A stretch of DNA of 64,000 nucleotides, taken from assembly GCA_963850905.1 (NCBI GenBank), contig CAWKMU010000003.1:2944001-3008000 (forward strand), given 5' to 3'. Below are positions 38,184 through 48,149 of this stretch, in pieces (within the stretch, counting starts at the first letter, position 1; the number at the start of each line of letters is the position of its first letter). A model generated the notes under the pieces. That model was not told where the DNA came from and did no database searches. It saw only the letters and a list, made by a program, of their open reading frames with translations. This stretch comes from an uncultured Gemmatimonadales bacterium. Its GTDB lineage: Bacteria; Gemmatimonadota; Gemmatimonadetes; Gemmatimonadales; Gemmatimonadaceae. A program made the translations under genes and the position numbers.

Positions 38184-39824
38184 TTAGCTCACTGGCGCTG
38201 CGAAGCGGCGGAAGAAGCTCGTCGGCTCCCACGTCGGGCGCGCCGCTTCGGCTGCCACCCGGTCTGTCAACAGGTAGAGCAGGTGGCAGAACTTGGCAGC
38301 CGCCTCGCGGTCGACCGGTTGATTGATGTCGTCCGAGGGCTGGTGGTAGCGCGTGTGGACCCAGGTATCGAATGTCTTGTCCTCGGGCGAGCCTTGCACG
38401 TAGCCGAACTTGAACGCGAGCGCCGGGATGCCTCGCTGGACGAAGCTGTACTGATCGCTGCGGATGAACCGATTGGCGCCGGGCTGCTCGTCCTCGATCA
38501 CCTTGACGCCGTCCGCCTCGCCCACGGCTCGGATGTCGTCGCCCAAGGTCGACTCATCGAGGCCCTGTACCTGCAGGTACGCCAGCGGAAAGAGCGGCAG
38601 GTACATGTCCATGTTGATGTCCGCGACGATGTCGTGGGCCGGGACGCTTGGATGGTTTGCGAAGTACCACGAGCCAAGCTCTCCCTCCTCCTCGCCGCCA
38701 ACGGCGAGGAAGATCACGGATCGCTTCGGCTTCGCACCCGCCGCACGGAAGTCGTGTGCGATCTGAATGAGTGACGCAACGCCCGAGGCGTTGTCCATCG
38801 CGCCGTTGTAGATGCTGTCACCGTTGACCGGCGCACCAACTCCCAGATGATCCAGGTGCGCGCTCACGATGACGAACTGTTGCTTGAGCGCGGGGTCAGT
38901 CCCAGAGAGCTCACCCACGACGTTCGGGGATTCGAGATCGGTCGTGCTGACTTTCGTCTTGGCCCGGATCGTCACGCGCAGGGGGAACGTCGGCAGCGAC
39001 TGCTTCCCCTTGGCCGCACTCAATATTTCGGCTATCGTATGGCCTGACCCCGCGAAGAACATGTCCGCGTACTGCGGATTGACGGACATCGCCAGCAGCT
39101 TGCCCTGATCCTGTCTCAAGTTCGGGTCGGCGAGCTCGAGCGACGGTTTATGCCGGTTCCCCGCGATACGGTCCCACGCGATTTCCTGGTTGGCCGTGTT
39201 GAAGATCACGATCGTGCCGACGGCGCCGGCGGCTCTCATTGCTTTCCAGCGTTCGCCGGATGATTCCTTGTGCGCTCGCAAGGGGTCCTTGATCGTCTCA
39301 GGCCCGCCGGCCAGGTACACGGCGATCTTGCCCTGCAGGTCCAGTCCGGACAGGTCGTCGTAATTGGCCTCCGGCGCGGAGATACCGTAGCCCACGAACA
39401 CTGCGCCCGCATCGACCTGGCCGGCGGGGTTGTCGACTGCGGAGACGATCACTTCTCGCCCGAACGTCAGTGGGGTCGTCTTGGTGCCGTCCACCAGCGC
39501 CACGGACGACGCGGCCTCGTCGAGCTCGAGGCGCTTGAACTTCACGGGCTGGTAGAAGCCTGTCGTACCTGCTCCAACCAATCCGGCGTCTTTGAACTTC
39601 TGCGCCACGTAGGCTGCGGCCGTCCGATAGCCTTGGCTACCGGTCATCCGCCCCAGCAGGCTGTCGCTCGCGAGATACGCGATGTCGTTCCACCAACTGG
39701 CGCCCTCGGCAGCGAGATTCTGCGAGGTTTGCGCGCCGGCGAGACTGCTCGCCAGCACCGAAAGCACGGCCGGCAGTAGCCCGCGCCAGATGTGCCGCTC
39801 ATTTCCGTTCGACGTCATGGTCAT
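38184..39824 (-). CDS. Secreted M28-family peptidase with PA domain
   Basis: SAHLDHLG, IYNGAMDNASG, GEEEGELGS, INMDM, RSDQYSF, YHQPSD. Confidence 0.93.
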   Translation of the reverse strand: MTMTSNGNERHIWRGLLPAVLSVLASSLAGAQTSQNLAAEGASWWNDIAYLASDSLLGRMTGSQGYRTAAAYVAQKFKDAGLVGAGTTGFYQPVKFKRLELDEAASSVALVDGTKTTPLTFGREVIVSAVDNPAGQVDAGAVFVGYGISAPEANYDDLSGLDLQGKIAVYLAGGPETIKDPLRAHKESSGERWKAMRAAGAVGTIVIFNTANQEIAWDRIAGNRHKPSLELADPNLRQDQGKLLAMSVNPQYADMFFAGSGHTIAEILSAAKGKQSLPTFPLRVTIRAKTKVSTTDLESPNVVGELSGTDPALKQQFVIVSAHLDHLGVGAPVNGDSIYNGAMDNASGVASLIQIAHDFRAAGAKPKRSVIFLAVGGEEEGELGSWYFANHPSVPAHDIVADINMDMYLPLFPLAYLQVQGLDESTLGDDIRAVGEADGVKVIEDEQPGANRFIRSDQYSFVQRGIPALAFKFGYVQGSPEDKTFDTWVHTRYHQPSDDINQPVDREAAAKFCHLLYLLTDRVAAEAARPTWEPTSFFRRFAAPVS

Positions 39825-39950
39825 CTCTGTTCGTAGTGACCGAAGCCAATTCGTGTGCCCCCTCAAGCTGCGCCAACCCCCCGTTAGGGACAACCCCGCC
39901 GGCCAGGCCACGAGGCAGGTGCGCAGACGGGGAGCATCCCAATTCCGTGT

Positions 39951-39992
39951 CGTCCAGCGTCTAGCGTCCAGCGCCTAGCGTCTAGCGTCAAG
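39951..39992 (+). repeat. Heptamer tandem array (CGTCYAG) x6
   Basis: cgtccag cgtctag cgtccag cgcctag cgtctag cgtcaag. Confidence 0.9.
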
Positions 39993-40032
39993 GCCGCACT
40001 TGTTTTTGCGAACGCGCCGCTGGCCTACAACG

Positions 40033-40060
40033 TTGACAATGCACTGCGCGACGATAGAAT
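40033..40060 (+). promoter_or_regulatory. Putative sigma70 promoter of the acetamidase-permease pair
   Basis: TTGACA-N16-TAGAAT. Confidence 0.6.
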
Positions 40061-40087
40061 ACCGCGCCCGTCCCTCGAGGGTATTGC

Positions 40088-41020
40088 GTGGCCGAGCATG
40101 TGATCGACCCGACCAAGATCCACCACCAGTGGGACAACTCGCTCCCGCCGACGCTCAGAATCGCGTCCGGTGACATCGTGCACTTCGACCTTCTGATGGC
40201 CGGCCACGGGCAGGTGGAGAAGGGCTGGAAAGTGGAGCAGGCGAAGTTCGACTTCGACACGATGTACAACCTGCTGGGGCCGATCTACGTCGAGGGAGCC
40301 AAGCGTGGCGACACGCTCGAGGTGGAAATCCTCGCGCTCACCCCCGGCGACTGGGGATGGACCACGGTCGGGCCCAACCTTGGCCTCCTGCCCGAAGACT
40401 TCCCCGATCCCTTCATTCGGTACTTCGATCTCATGCGCGGCAAGACGGCGCAACTCCTCCCGGGCGTCGAGATCCCCATCGAGCCCTTCCTCGGCACGAT
40501 GGGTAACCACCCGGATGTCCCCGAGCGCGCGGCGCCGTTTCCGCCGCACAAGGGTGCAGGGAATATCGACACGCGCCACCTCAAGCAGGGGTCCTCGTTA
40601 CTCGTGCCCGTGTGGCGTGATGGCGCCATGTTTTCCTGCGGCGACCCGCACGCCGCGCAGGGCGATGGCGAAGTCTGCGTCGCCGCGCTCGAGTGCGCGA
40701 TGCACGCGACCCTTCGCTTCCGCTTGCACAAACGGTCTATCGCGACGCCGCGATTCATCGTGCCCGGACCGCTGACGCCACGCGTCGATGCCGAAGGCTT
40801 CTACGGGACAATGGGCATCCATCCCGACCTCATGCAGGGCGCCAAGACCGCCGTGCGGGGCATGATCCAGCTCCTGGTCGAGGAACACGGCCTGTCGCGC
40901 GAAGACGCCTACGTGCTGTGCAGCCTCGCGGGCGACCTCAAGATTCTTGAGATCGTGGACGCTGGGGTCTGGAATGTGGGCTTCACCGTCCCGCGCGCCG
41001 TCTTCACGAGCCGACGGTAA
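40088..41020 (+). CDS. Acetamidase/formamidase family protein
   Basis: HQWDNSLPP, GPIYVEGA..GDTL, PFLGTMG, GNID, GDPHAAQGDGEV. Confidence 0.93.
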   Translation: MAEHVIDPTKIHHQWDNSLPPTLRIASGDIVHFDLLMAGHGQVEKGWKVEQAKFDFDTMYNLLGPIYVEGAKRGDTLEVEILALTPGDWGWTTVGPNLGLLPEDFPDPFIRYFDLMRGKTAQLLPGVEIPIEPFLGTMGNHPDVPERAAPFPPHKGAGNIDTRHLKQGSSLLVPVWRDGAMFSCGDPHAAQGDGEVCVAALECAMHATLRFRLHKRSIATPRFIVPGPLTPRVDAEGFYGTMGIHPDLMQGAKTAVRGMIQLLVEEHGLSREDAYVLCSLAGDLKILEIVDAGVWNVGFTVPRAVFTSRR

Positions 41021-41025
41021 CGAGA

Positions 41026-42465
41026 GTGGTAGAGCAGCAGCGCGATCTCGAGGCGCCGCCGCTCGCCGGGTTGGAACGTCCAACGCGTCAGCTGCATCGG
41101 AGCCTCAGCACGCTCGGCAATATTGCGCTGACGCTGTCCGATATCACGCCGAGTGCGTCCCTGCTCGTCGTCGGACCAGTCGTGATCGGGACCGCCGGCA
41201 CGGGGTCCCTCTGGGCCTACCTCATCGGGTGCTTCATCGCACTCAACGTCGCGCTGTGCATGGGCGAGCTCGGCTCGATGTTCCCCGTCGCCGGCGGATT
41301 GTACTCCATCGTCACCCGCGTCCTCGGCCGTCAGGTCGGACTCGTGGCGCTCTTTGATTATGTGGGCCAGGCCGTCTTCCTCCCCGCCAGCATGGCGATC
41401 GGTATCGGGACGTATGTCGCCGCGCTCGACCCGCACCTGCGGGCCAATTGGGTGGCCGCCGCGACGATGATCGCCGTGACACTGTTGGGGTTATTGCGAA
41501 TTCACTTCAACGCGATCATGACCGGCGTCTTCTTGGCCCTCGAGTTGTCGGTCGTCGCGATCCTGTCCCTGGCGGGCATCATCCACCCGCACCAACCGCT
41601 CTCGATCTTGACTCACCCGGTGATGCCGCACGGGGGCGTGCTGACTCCGGTCGCCGCCGGGTTGATCATGACGGCGCTCGCGACAGCGCTGTTTTCCGTA
41701 AACGGGTATGACAGCGCGCTCAACTTCTCCGAGGAGACCCACGGTGCGCCATCACATATCGGCAAGGCGGTCGTCGTGGCAGCGAGCGTTGGGATCATCT
41801 GCGAGCTGGTGCCGTTCTTCTTCGCCCTCATTGGCGCACGCGATCTCCGTGCGGTCCTGGCATCATCGACCCCCTTGACTGATGTAATCGGAGGTGCGTT
41901 CGGTCCGACCGTAGTGACCATCGTGACCGTGGGCGCGATAATCGCGATCTTCAACGCGTCACTCGCCATCACGCTGCAGTTTGCCCGGATCATGTGGTCC
42001 AGTGGACGCGATCGCGCCTGGCCCGAACCGGTCTCGACATGGCTCGTCAGGGTCAATCGGTTTGGCTCGCCCTGGGTGGCCACACTGCTGGTGGGCGGGC
42101 TCGCCACCGTGCTGTGCCTCGAGGGCACCCTGGTGAGTGTGGTGACCTTCACGGCCGTGCTGATCGTGGTGCTCTACGCACTGACCGCAATTGCATCGCT
42201 CTGGACACGCGTGCGAGACCCGGCAGTCCGCCGCCCGTTTCGCATGCCCTTGTGGCCGATTCCGCCCGTCATCTCACTCATCGGCCTCGCCTTCGCGATC
42301 ACGCAGCAGAAGGCCAGCGATCTCTGGACGGTATTCGTGATCTTTTGTATCGCGGCCGTATACTATACGGTCTTCCTGCGCTCGCGATCCGATCGCTATT
42401 GGGTCATGCATGGCGGCGTCGCGGAGACCGATGACCTGGCATCATCCCCAAGCGTGCTGTTGTAG
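41026..42465 (+). CDS. APC-family amino acid/amine permease
   Basis: About 12 TM segments, ELGSMFPVAGGLY, GYDSALNFSEET, RPFRMP. Confidence 0.92.
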   Translation: MVEQQRDLEAPPLAGLERPTRQLHRSLSTLGNIALTLSDITPSASLLVVGPVVIGTAGTGSLWAYLIGCFIALNVALCMGELGSMFPVAGGLYSIVTRVLGRQVGLVALFDYVGQAVFLPASMAIGIGTYVAALDPHLRANWVAAATMIAVTLLGLLRIHFNAIMTGVFLALELSVVAILSLAGIIHPHQPLSILTHPVMPHGGVLTPVAAGLIMTALATALFSVNGYDSALNFSEETHGAPSHIGKAVVVAASVGIICELVPFFFALIGARDLRAVLASSTPLTDVIGGAFGPTVVTIVTVGAIIAIFNASLAITLQFARIMWSSGRDRAWPEPVSTWLVRVNRFGSPWVATLLVGGLATVLCLEGTLVSVVTFTAVLIVVLYALTAIASLWTRVRDPAVRRPFRMPLWPIPPVISLIGLAFAITQQKASDLWTVFVIFCIAAVYYTVFLRSRSDRYWVMHGGVAETDDLASSPSVLL

Positions 42466-42513
42466 CTCGGCCATCGTGCATCGCCGCGTGGGTCGGCCGG
42501 ACGAGAGCGTCGG

Positions 42514-43215
42514 CTAGGCCTTATCGAGGAGGGTCACGGCGCCCGTCGCGAGGTCATAATAGCCCGCAACGATCCGCACGGTTTTCTGCTTGATGTGCTC
42601 CGCCATCACGGGCGATGACTCGGCGATTATCCGAGCTTGGATCCGGGCGTTCCCTTTGATCGCGGCGTCGAGATCACTCCCCGCCTGGTCGATGGCAGGT
42701 CGTATGTATGTGAAGAGCGTGCTGATCTGACCGGGAACGGGCTCGTTGCCGATCGCGGCCTTGACCGCGCCGCAGGTCGCATGACCCATGACGACGATGA
42801 GCGGGGTGGCAAGCTCGGCCACCGCGTACTCCAGACTCGCGATAATCTCCGCGCTCGCCACGTTCCCGGCGACGCGGGTGACGAACACCCTTCCAATAGT
42901 TTGATCGAAGATCAGTTCCACGGGCACGCGGGAGTCCGCACACGCCAACACGGCCGCGAACGGTTCCTGTTTCTCCACGGTGTCGTGTCTGCGGGCGGCG
43001 AGGTCCTCGCTGCATGACGCTAGGCGCTTACTGACGAACCGGCGGTTGCCGTCCATGAGCTGTGCAAGCGCTTCGTCTGGGGTTGGCGCGACGGCAGGAT
43101 GGATGCGCCCCTCAGGCACCCAGGCGGGATCGCGCAGCCTGAGCGCCACTGCCGTCACTCCAGCGACGCCGTTGGCCAGGAATGAGCGCCTGGACGTCAC
43201 GGCCGTGCTGCGCAT
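42514..43215 (-). CDS. Beta-class carbonic anhydrase with Tat-like signal
   Basis: SRRSFL; CADSRVP, RVAGN, GHATCGA zinc motifs. Confidence 0.95.
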   Translation of the reverse strand: MRSTAVTSRRSFLANGVAGVTAVALRLRDPAWVPEGRIHPAVAPTPDEALAQLMDGNRRFVSKRLASCSEDLAARRHDTVEKQEPFAAVLACADSRVPVELIFDQTIGRVFVTRVAGNVASAEIIASLEYAVAELATPLIVVMGHATCGAVKAAIGNEPVPGQISTLFTYIRPAIDQAGSDLDAAIKGNARIQARIIAESSPVMAEHIKQKTVRIVAGYYDLATGAVTLLDKA

Positions 43216-43428
43216 CGGTTCGCCGGCGCTCTCTCGCTCGATCCGCCGGTCGTTCACGTTCTCCCGCATCCGCTAGCAGGAAAGTCGATCTGGCGCCTGA
43301 CCGCTAGTGCACCTTTGTCTCCACAGGGTCCGTTGCCGCTCGTCCCTTCACGGTGGCCAGTGCCGCCCTAGCGCGCGCTGCGGCGCACGCGTCAGCTCCA
43401 TGCGCCGCAGCGCCCGGATATCGCGGGA

Positions 43429-43451
43429 GTCAACTGCGGGCCGCAGTTGAC
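43429..43451. promoter_or_regulatory. Perfect palindrome upstream of the carbonic anhydrase
   Basis: GTCAACTGCGG-G-CCGCAGTTGAC. Confidence 0.5.
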
Positions 43452-43480
43452 CACAGCCAGCATGCCGCCGGGGCTCGGCG

Positions 43481-43960
43481 CTACTGGGCGCGCGTTCCCT
43501 GGATGCGATAATGATGCAACGAGTCGGCGGTCTTGGTGTTGTAGCGGGCGTCCGTCGCCCCGACCAGGTTTCCGCCCTGCAGGCGCCACACCGTGTGAGT
43601 CTTGACCTTGAGTCCCTTGTGCAGCGCGCTCGGATAGGGCCCCCCCTCGGTGATCAGGCTGTCACCAGAGACGGTGGGCCTGACTTTCTCGGGCGCCAGC
43701 TTTCCGCGCACGATCGTCCACCCCGTGTCGCCGCCGGTTGCGGTCAGCACCTCGGTCATCAGCGTGCTGTCCCCGGTCTCGGGCATCACCTTCAGGTTCC
43801 ATTTGCCGGCAACGTCACCGAAGGTCAGGTTGGCTGGCGCGGGTGGTGCGGGTGGCGGCGTCGTTGCGGCCGTTGTGTCCGCAGACGTCGACTTGCCCGA
43901 CTGACCACAGCCGACCAAAAGGATCGCGCAACAGCCGGAAGCAAAAGCGAATCGGCGCAT
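43481..43960 (-). CDS. Hypothetical lipoprotein
   Basis: GGAG RBS, lipobox LVG-C, Pro/Thr linker, small beta domain. Confidence 0.75.
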   Translation of the reverse strand: MRRFAFASGCCAILLVGCGQSGKSTSADTTAATTPPPAPPAPANLTFGDVAGKWNLKVMPETGDSTLMTEVLTATGGDTGWTIVRGKLAPEKVRPTVSGDSLITEGGPYPSALHKGLKVKTHTVWRLQGGNLVGATDARYNTKTADSLHHYRIQGTRAQ

Positions 43961-44138
43961 CGGATTCTCCATGTTGGAGGCGGAGCAAACCCCTCTGTCA
44001 CACAAAGAATACCACACCGCGGGGTTTTGCGTCACCGCGCAGTCGTTCGCCCCGCGTCTGCGACACTCCGGGCCTCGATCGCACCCCGCAACAACAGGCC
44101 GATACGGTTCAACACCTGAAGTCGCTATGGCCGGTCTC

Positions 44139-44190
44139 GTCTCCTTTCTCCTTTCTGCGTTTCTCCTTTCTCGGGCGCGGAGCGCCCGCG
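44139..44190 (+). repeat. 52-bp direct repeat, left copy (CTCCTTT units plus GC hairpin)
   Basis: 44/52 ungapped identity with 45510-45561 by hand alignment. Confidence 0.85.
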
Positions 44191-44197
44191 CCGTCCG

Positions 44198-45379
44198 TCA
44201 CATCACGATCTTGAGCACTCGCGACAACAGCTCTTGGGGTGACCAGATCGTGAATACCAGTGGCAGGAGTGGAATCGCGGTCGTCACGGCCAGTGTGACA
44301 ATGTCGTTTCTCGCGAACGGAAAGAGCCGCATGTCTCGGACGACCGAATAGCTCAGGCCGAGCATCGCGAGCGCGTCGACGTCTGGCTCGAACGCGGTGT
44401 TGGTAATCGCAGAGTCAGGGCGACCCCAGTTACGATCGAAGTCTTCCACAAACCGTTGCGCGACGAGCCCGTAGGTCCTCAATCCGCGACGCTTCGTGCG
44501 CGCGAGTTTCGGCGTGAACATCAGAAGGGGGCCGAGCACGACTAGGAGCAGGAAGACCAGAAGGCTGACCGCCGTCGTCCTGAATGACAACAGGCTGTCT
44601 CCACTGTTGATCACTCGGTTGCCAATCAATCCCCCGAGCATGGCGCCCTGAGCGAACAGGATCGGCTGGAAGGCGTAGACGCTGTCGCCCAGAAAAGCCA
44701 CGCCGGCACAATGATCCGGGTGCGTCGGGATGAGATTCAGCCTACCCCTGGAGATCTGCCAGAGAAGGCGAAACCAGATGAAGAGCCGCAGATACCACCG
44801 GAGGAGGATGAACTGGACGATCGGCAGGCTGACCAACACGTACCAAAAGCCGGCCGGGGTCAACTGCCACCCGCCTTGGGGCGTCGAATACCACCGACCG
44901 GCGTCGAGGGCCGTCCAGTTTCTCGAAACGAACACCCCAAACGTGTACACGCAGACCGCGAGGGCGACTTCGAGCGGGACCGAGTTGCGAAGCCTGAGCG
45001 CTGACTCGATCAGACTCTGAAAGCGGGGCAGATCCTCTGGAAGAATGATCCGCCGCTCGACGAACTGACGAATGATGAGCCGCAACCGTGTGTGGACGAT
45101 CAACTCGGACGCAATCAGCACCGGCAGTGCGACGAGCAACCTGACGTGGACATCGACGTCGCGAAGGAATGAGAGCCGTGCGCTTTGGGGGTCAGGCGAC
45201 GCGACCAACACGAGCAAGCATAAGGGCAGCCATGCGAGGCCCGTGATAACGACGATCCGGCAATGCAGCAGCTCCAGGTGATCGCCGGCGATGTGCGCCC
45301 TGCGCAAAAGCTGGAAGGTCGGGCCGCCCAGCACCAAAGAGAAATCAGCTGGTTCCTGAAGGAAATTGGGCTGCGACAT
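44198..45379 (-). CDS. Conserved-type hypothetical multi-pass membrane protein
   Basis: DFSLVLGGP, LNLIPTHPDHCAG, PLLMFTPKL, MRLFPF; several TM helices. Confidence 0.8.
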   Translation of the reverse strand: MSQPNFLQEPADFSLVLGGPTFQLLRRAHIAGDHLELLHCRIVVITGLAWLPLCLLVLVASPDPQSARLSFLRDVDVHVRLLVALPVLIASELIVHTRLRLIIRQFVERRIILPEDLPRFQSLIESALRLRNSVPLEVALAVCVYTFGVFVSRNWTALDAGRWYSTPQGGWQLTPAGFWYVLVSLPIVQFILLRWYLRLFIWFRLLWQISRGRLNLIPTHPDHCAGVAFLGDSVYAFQPILFAQGAMLGGLIGNRVINSGDSLLSFRTTAVSLLVFLLLVVLGPLLMFTPKLARTKRRGLRTYGLVAQRFVEDFDRNWGRPDSAITNTAFEPDVDALAMLGLSYSVVRDMRLFPFARNDIVTLAVTTAIPLLPLVFTIWSPQELLSRVLKIVM

Positions 45380-45459
45380 CGGCGTGTGCCCACAAGGGAA
45401 ACAAATGAGGCTACGCCAATCGCTCGCCGGGGACCATGCGACCTTGGTTCGTCTTGGTA

Positions 45460-45561
45460 GGAGACGGGAACTGGAGAAAGGAGACAGCCGCATCTCGGAC
45501 TCGAGGTACGTCGCATTTCTCTTTCCTGAGGTTCTCCTCTCTCGGGCGCGCAGCGCCCGCG
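45460..45561 (+). repeat. Inverted GGAGAAA units followed by the right copy of the 52-bp direct repeat
   Basis: ggagacgggaactggagaaaggagac (~45460-45485); direct copy at 45510-45561. Confidence 0.8.
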
Positions 45562-45739
45562 GTGTGGGTCCTGTAATTGCGGTCGTCACTCCGCGCGCTG
45601 TGGTGCGTATCGGTCGGCGTCGGCCCGCGGAACGGCTGACGCCGTCATTTATAGCGGCGCTTGGCCGCTCGGACCTATCGGGAACGCATGATCCCCGTAG
45701 CTTTTGCGCTTCCCTGCGGCCTATTCCACCGAGTCACGA

Positions 45740-46138
45740 TTGCTGCCTCAGACACACCGACCACGAGTACTGTTGGCCGACGACCACCCCGGGATCCTCC
45801 GGGCGCTGCGGCGTACGCTTGACGAATCGTGTGAGATCGTCGGCCAGGTGAGCTCTGGGGGCAAGGTGCTCGAGGCGGTGCAGAGACTCGCCCCTCAGAT
45901 ACTCGTCCTCGATCTCTCAATGCCGGAGGCCAGTGGGTTGGACCTTTGCCCACAGATCCGGGCGGCCCGGCCCGACACGAAGATCATTGTGCTGACGGCA
46001 TTCGACGATGCCGATATGCGGGCAGAAGCTCTGCGTCGGGGAGCGTCGGCCCTCGTGCTCAAGAATCTGTTGGCGGTGGATTTGGTCACATGCATCCACC
46101 AGGTTCTGGATGGAGACACGCCGAGCGCCGATGGCTGA
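45740..46138 (+). CDS. Stand-alone NarL-type receiver-domain protein
   Basis: VLLADDH, LDLSMP, IVLT, LVLK; ends with no HTH; start approximate. Confidence 0.85.
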   Translation: MLPQTHRPRVLLADDHPGILRALRRTLDESCEIVGQVSSGGKVLEAVQRLAPQILVLDLSMPEASGLDLCPQIRAARPDTKIIVLTAFDDADMRAEALRRGASALVLKNLLAVDLVTCIHQVLDGDTPSADG

Positions 46139-46145
46139 GAGCGGA

Positions 46146-47939
46146 TCACGCCGCCGTTGTCTCCTGCGTTGCGCCATCCACTTCTGCCTCGGCCGTCACT
46201 TCGGTTCCCACTCCTGGGCGTGAGCGAACGAGCAGGTGTCCTCCGAGGAGTCGCAAGCGCTCGCGCATGGTCGCGAGGCCGAGGCCCGTTGCAGGAGACG
46301 CCAGGTCGAAGCCGGCACCGTTGTCTCGGACCGTCATCTTCAGCTTCGCATCGACCTGGGTGACTTTCACCTCCACCCGGCTGGCGCCGCTATGCCTGAT
46401 CGCGTTGCTCAATGCTTCTTGTGCCACGCGATAGAAGGCGAGTGCCTTGTCACGAGACAGTCGCAAGCGGTCACCATCGACTGCGAGTTCGACTGCCAAC
46501 CCGTGCTGTGTGGACACGTGCTCGCAGAGATCCCGAAGCGCCACCGACAAGCCGAGCAACTCTAGCTTGCTAGAATGAAGTTGGTGCGACAGCTGTCGAA
46601 CGGCAGTGATGATCTCCGTGAGCTGCTGGACCTGCTCATGCGTGGCATGGCGAGTCGCCCACTCGCTGATCGGCAACCCGCGCTCCAGGGCAGTGAGGTC
46701 CAATGCAACGAGCGACAGCCGCTGCAGGACGTCGTCGTGCAGCTCGCGCGCAATCCGCCTGCGTTCTTCTTCACCCGCACTGATCAGCCGGCCGCTCAAC
46801 TCCTGGACGGTCGAATCCGCGTTCTTGCGCTTGCGTCGCTCGACGAGCAGCGCCGCGATGACGCCGAGCAGGATAGCCATGGCCAGCAGTACCGCTACGA
46901 TCTGCCGATGATATCGCTCCCAGAGGGAGGGTGTGCGGAACTGGATCACCGTACCGGCCGGCAAACTGCTGGTCGGTATTCCCCATCGCTGCAGCTGTCG
47001 CCAATCCACGATGGCCTTCGGCGCGGGAGTTTGCTCGACTGGTAAACCGGTGGCCGTTCCTCGTTCCAGTACCTGCAGTGCCAGTTTGACGCTCTGGTCT
47101 GCAAGCCCATCCAAGTCGACTACGGCCCCCCCAACGATGCCGCAGTCCAGATAGGTGCTGGCGACCCCGTACACCGGGACGTTGGACGCTGATGCGATGA
47201 GCGGACAAATCCGCGCTGGCGCGAAGGTCTGTCCGCTCGCGTCCTGGTACAGGCCCGCATAGAGAATGATGCTGTGCGCGGGCAACTCACCAACTCTCTT
47301 GAGGAGATCCGACAGCGACAGGTGGTCGAGGTACGTGAACTCGACCCTGCCCGCGAAGCGCGCGAAATCGGGCTCGGCAAAACCGCGCCAGCTCTCCACG
47401 TCCGGACGAGTCTCGCCAACGTAAAATACCCGCCGGGTCTCGGGCATGAGTCGCAATGCCAGGTCGACCGTTGGCGCGAAGTCCATTCTGAACGCAATCC
47501 CCGTCATGTTCGGCGGCAACCGTGCAGGGAGCTCGCGATTCCGCACGAAGTCAAATACCTCGGCGGCTCCTGGCCACAACGTCGCCCCGCGGTGGAGGAA
47601 GAAGGTCAGCGCGAACCGGCCTTCGGTCACGACCAGGTCCATTTTCTTGCCGGCGTATTTCTTGGCGAGTAATGTCGCAAGGTGGTCTTCGCTAGTGTCT
47701 AGCCGGAGCTGGTCGACGTAATCCTCAAAGACTTGATACTTCGTCTCTGATGCAAAGACTTTGTGCAGGGCGGCGGAATAGATGATGTTCGCCGGATAAT
47801 TCGCGTTTCCGTCGTGGATGATCAGCACGTTCTTCGCAACCTGCGCGCGCAGCGAGGTGGCAAAGAGCGCAGCGGCGGTCGCGGAGAGTCCGATGCGTCG
47901 GATGGTGGCCCGCCGCTTCAAACGCCACTGATGGTTCAT
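46146..47939 (-). CDS. HisKA_3 sensor kinase with ABC substrate-binding-like periplasmic domain
   Basis: Signal peptide, large periplasmic domain, one TM, EERRRIARELHD, QEALSNAIRHS, DNGAGF, GLGLATMRER. Confidence 0.92.
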   Translation of the reverse strand: MNHQWRLKRRATIRRIGLSATAAALFATSLRAQVAKNVLIIHDGNANYPANIIYSAALHKVFASETKYQVFEDYVDQLRLDTSEDHLATLLAKKYAGKKMDLVVTEGRFALTFFLHRGATLWPGAAEVFDFVRNRELPARLPPNMTGIAFRMDFAPTVDLALRLMPETRRVFYVGETRPDVESWRGFAEPDFARFAGRVEFTYLDHLSLSDLLKRVGELPAHSIILYAGLYQDASGQTFAPARICPLIASASNVPVYGVASTYLDCGIVGGAVVDLDGLADQSVKLALQVLERGTATGLPVEQTPAPKAIVDWRQLQRWGIPTSSLPAGTVIQFRTPSLWERYHRQIVAVLLAMAILLGVIAALLVERRKRKNADSTVQELSGRLISAGEEERRRIARELHDDVLQRLSLVALDLTALERGLPISEWATRHATHEQVQQLTEIITAVRQLSHQLHSSKLELLGLSVALRDLCEHVSTQHGLAVELAVDGDRLRLSRDKALAFYRVAQEALSNAIRHSGASRVEVKVTQVDAKLKMTVRDNGAGFDLASPATGLGLATMRERLRLLGGHLLVRSRPGVGTEVTAEAEVDGATQETTAA

Positions 47940-48149
47940 CCTATGGGCCATCGGAGAATCGCCTCTCTGGTGGTGTTCCGCCTCGTGCACTGTGCGTCGA
48001 CCGCAACGAACCTGCTGCGACAGGCCGCCGAGCGCCAGGACGCGGCGGATGCTATGTTCTGCCCCTTCTTACTGCTCCCTGCGCTCGTAGTCTTTTGGGC
48101 GCGTCGGCACCTGCCCCTGACCCGGAATTCAGCCTCGAGGATCAACGCC

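Noticed and set aside
44139..44190. Rho-independent terminator for the membrane-protein gene
   Set aside because: On the minus strand the hairpin is followed by a purine-rich run rather than U, and a copy also lies upstream of the gene
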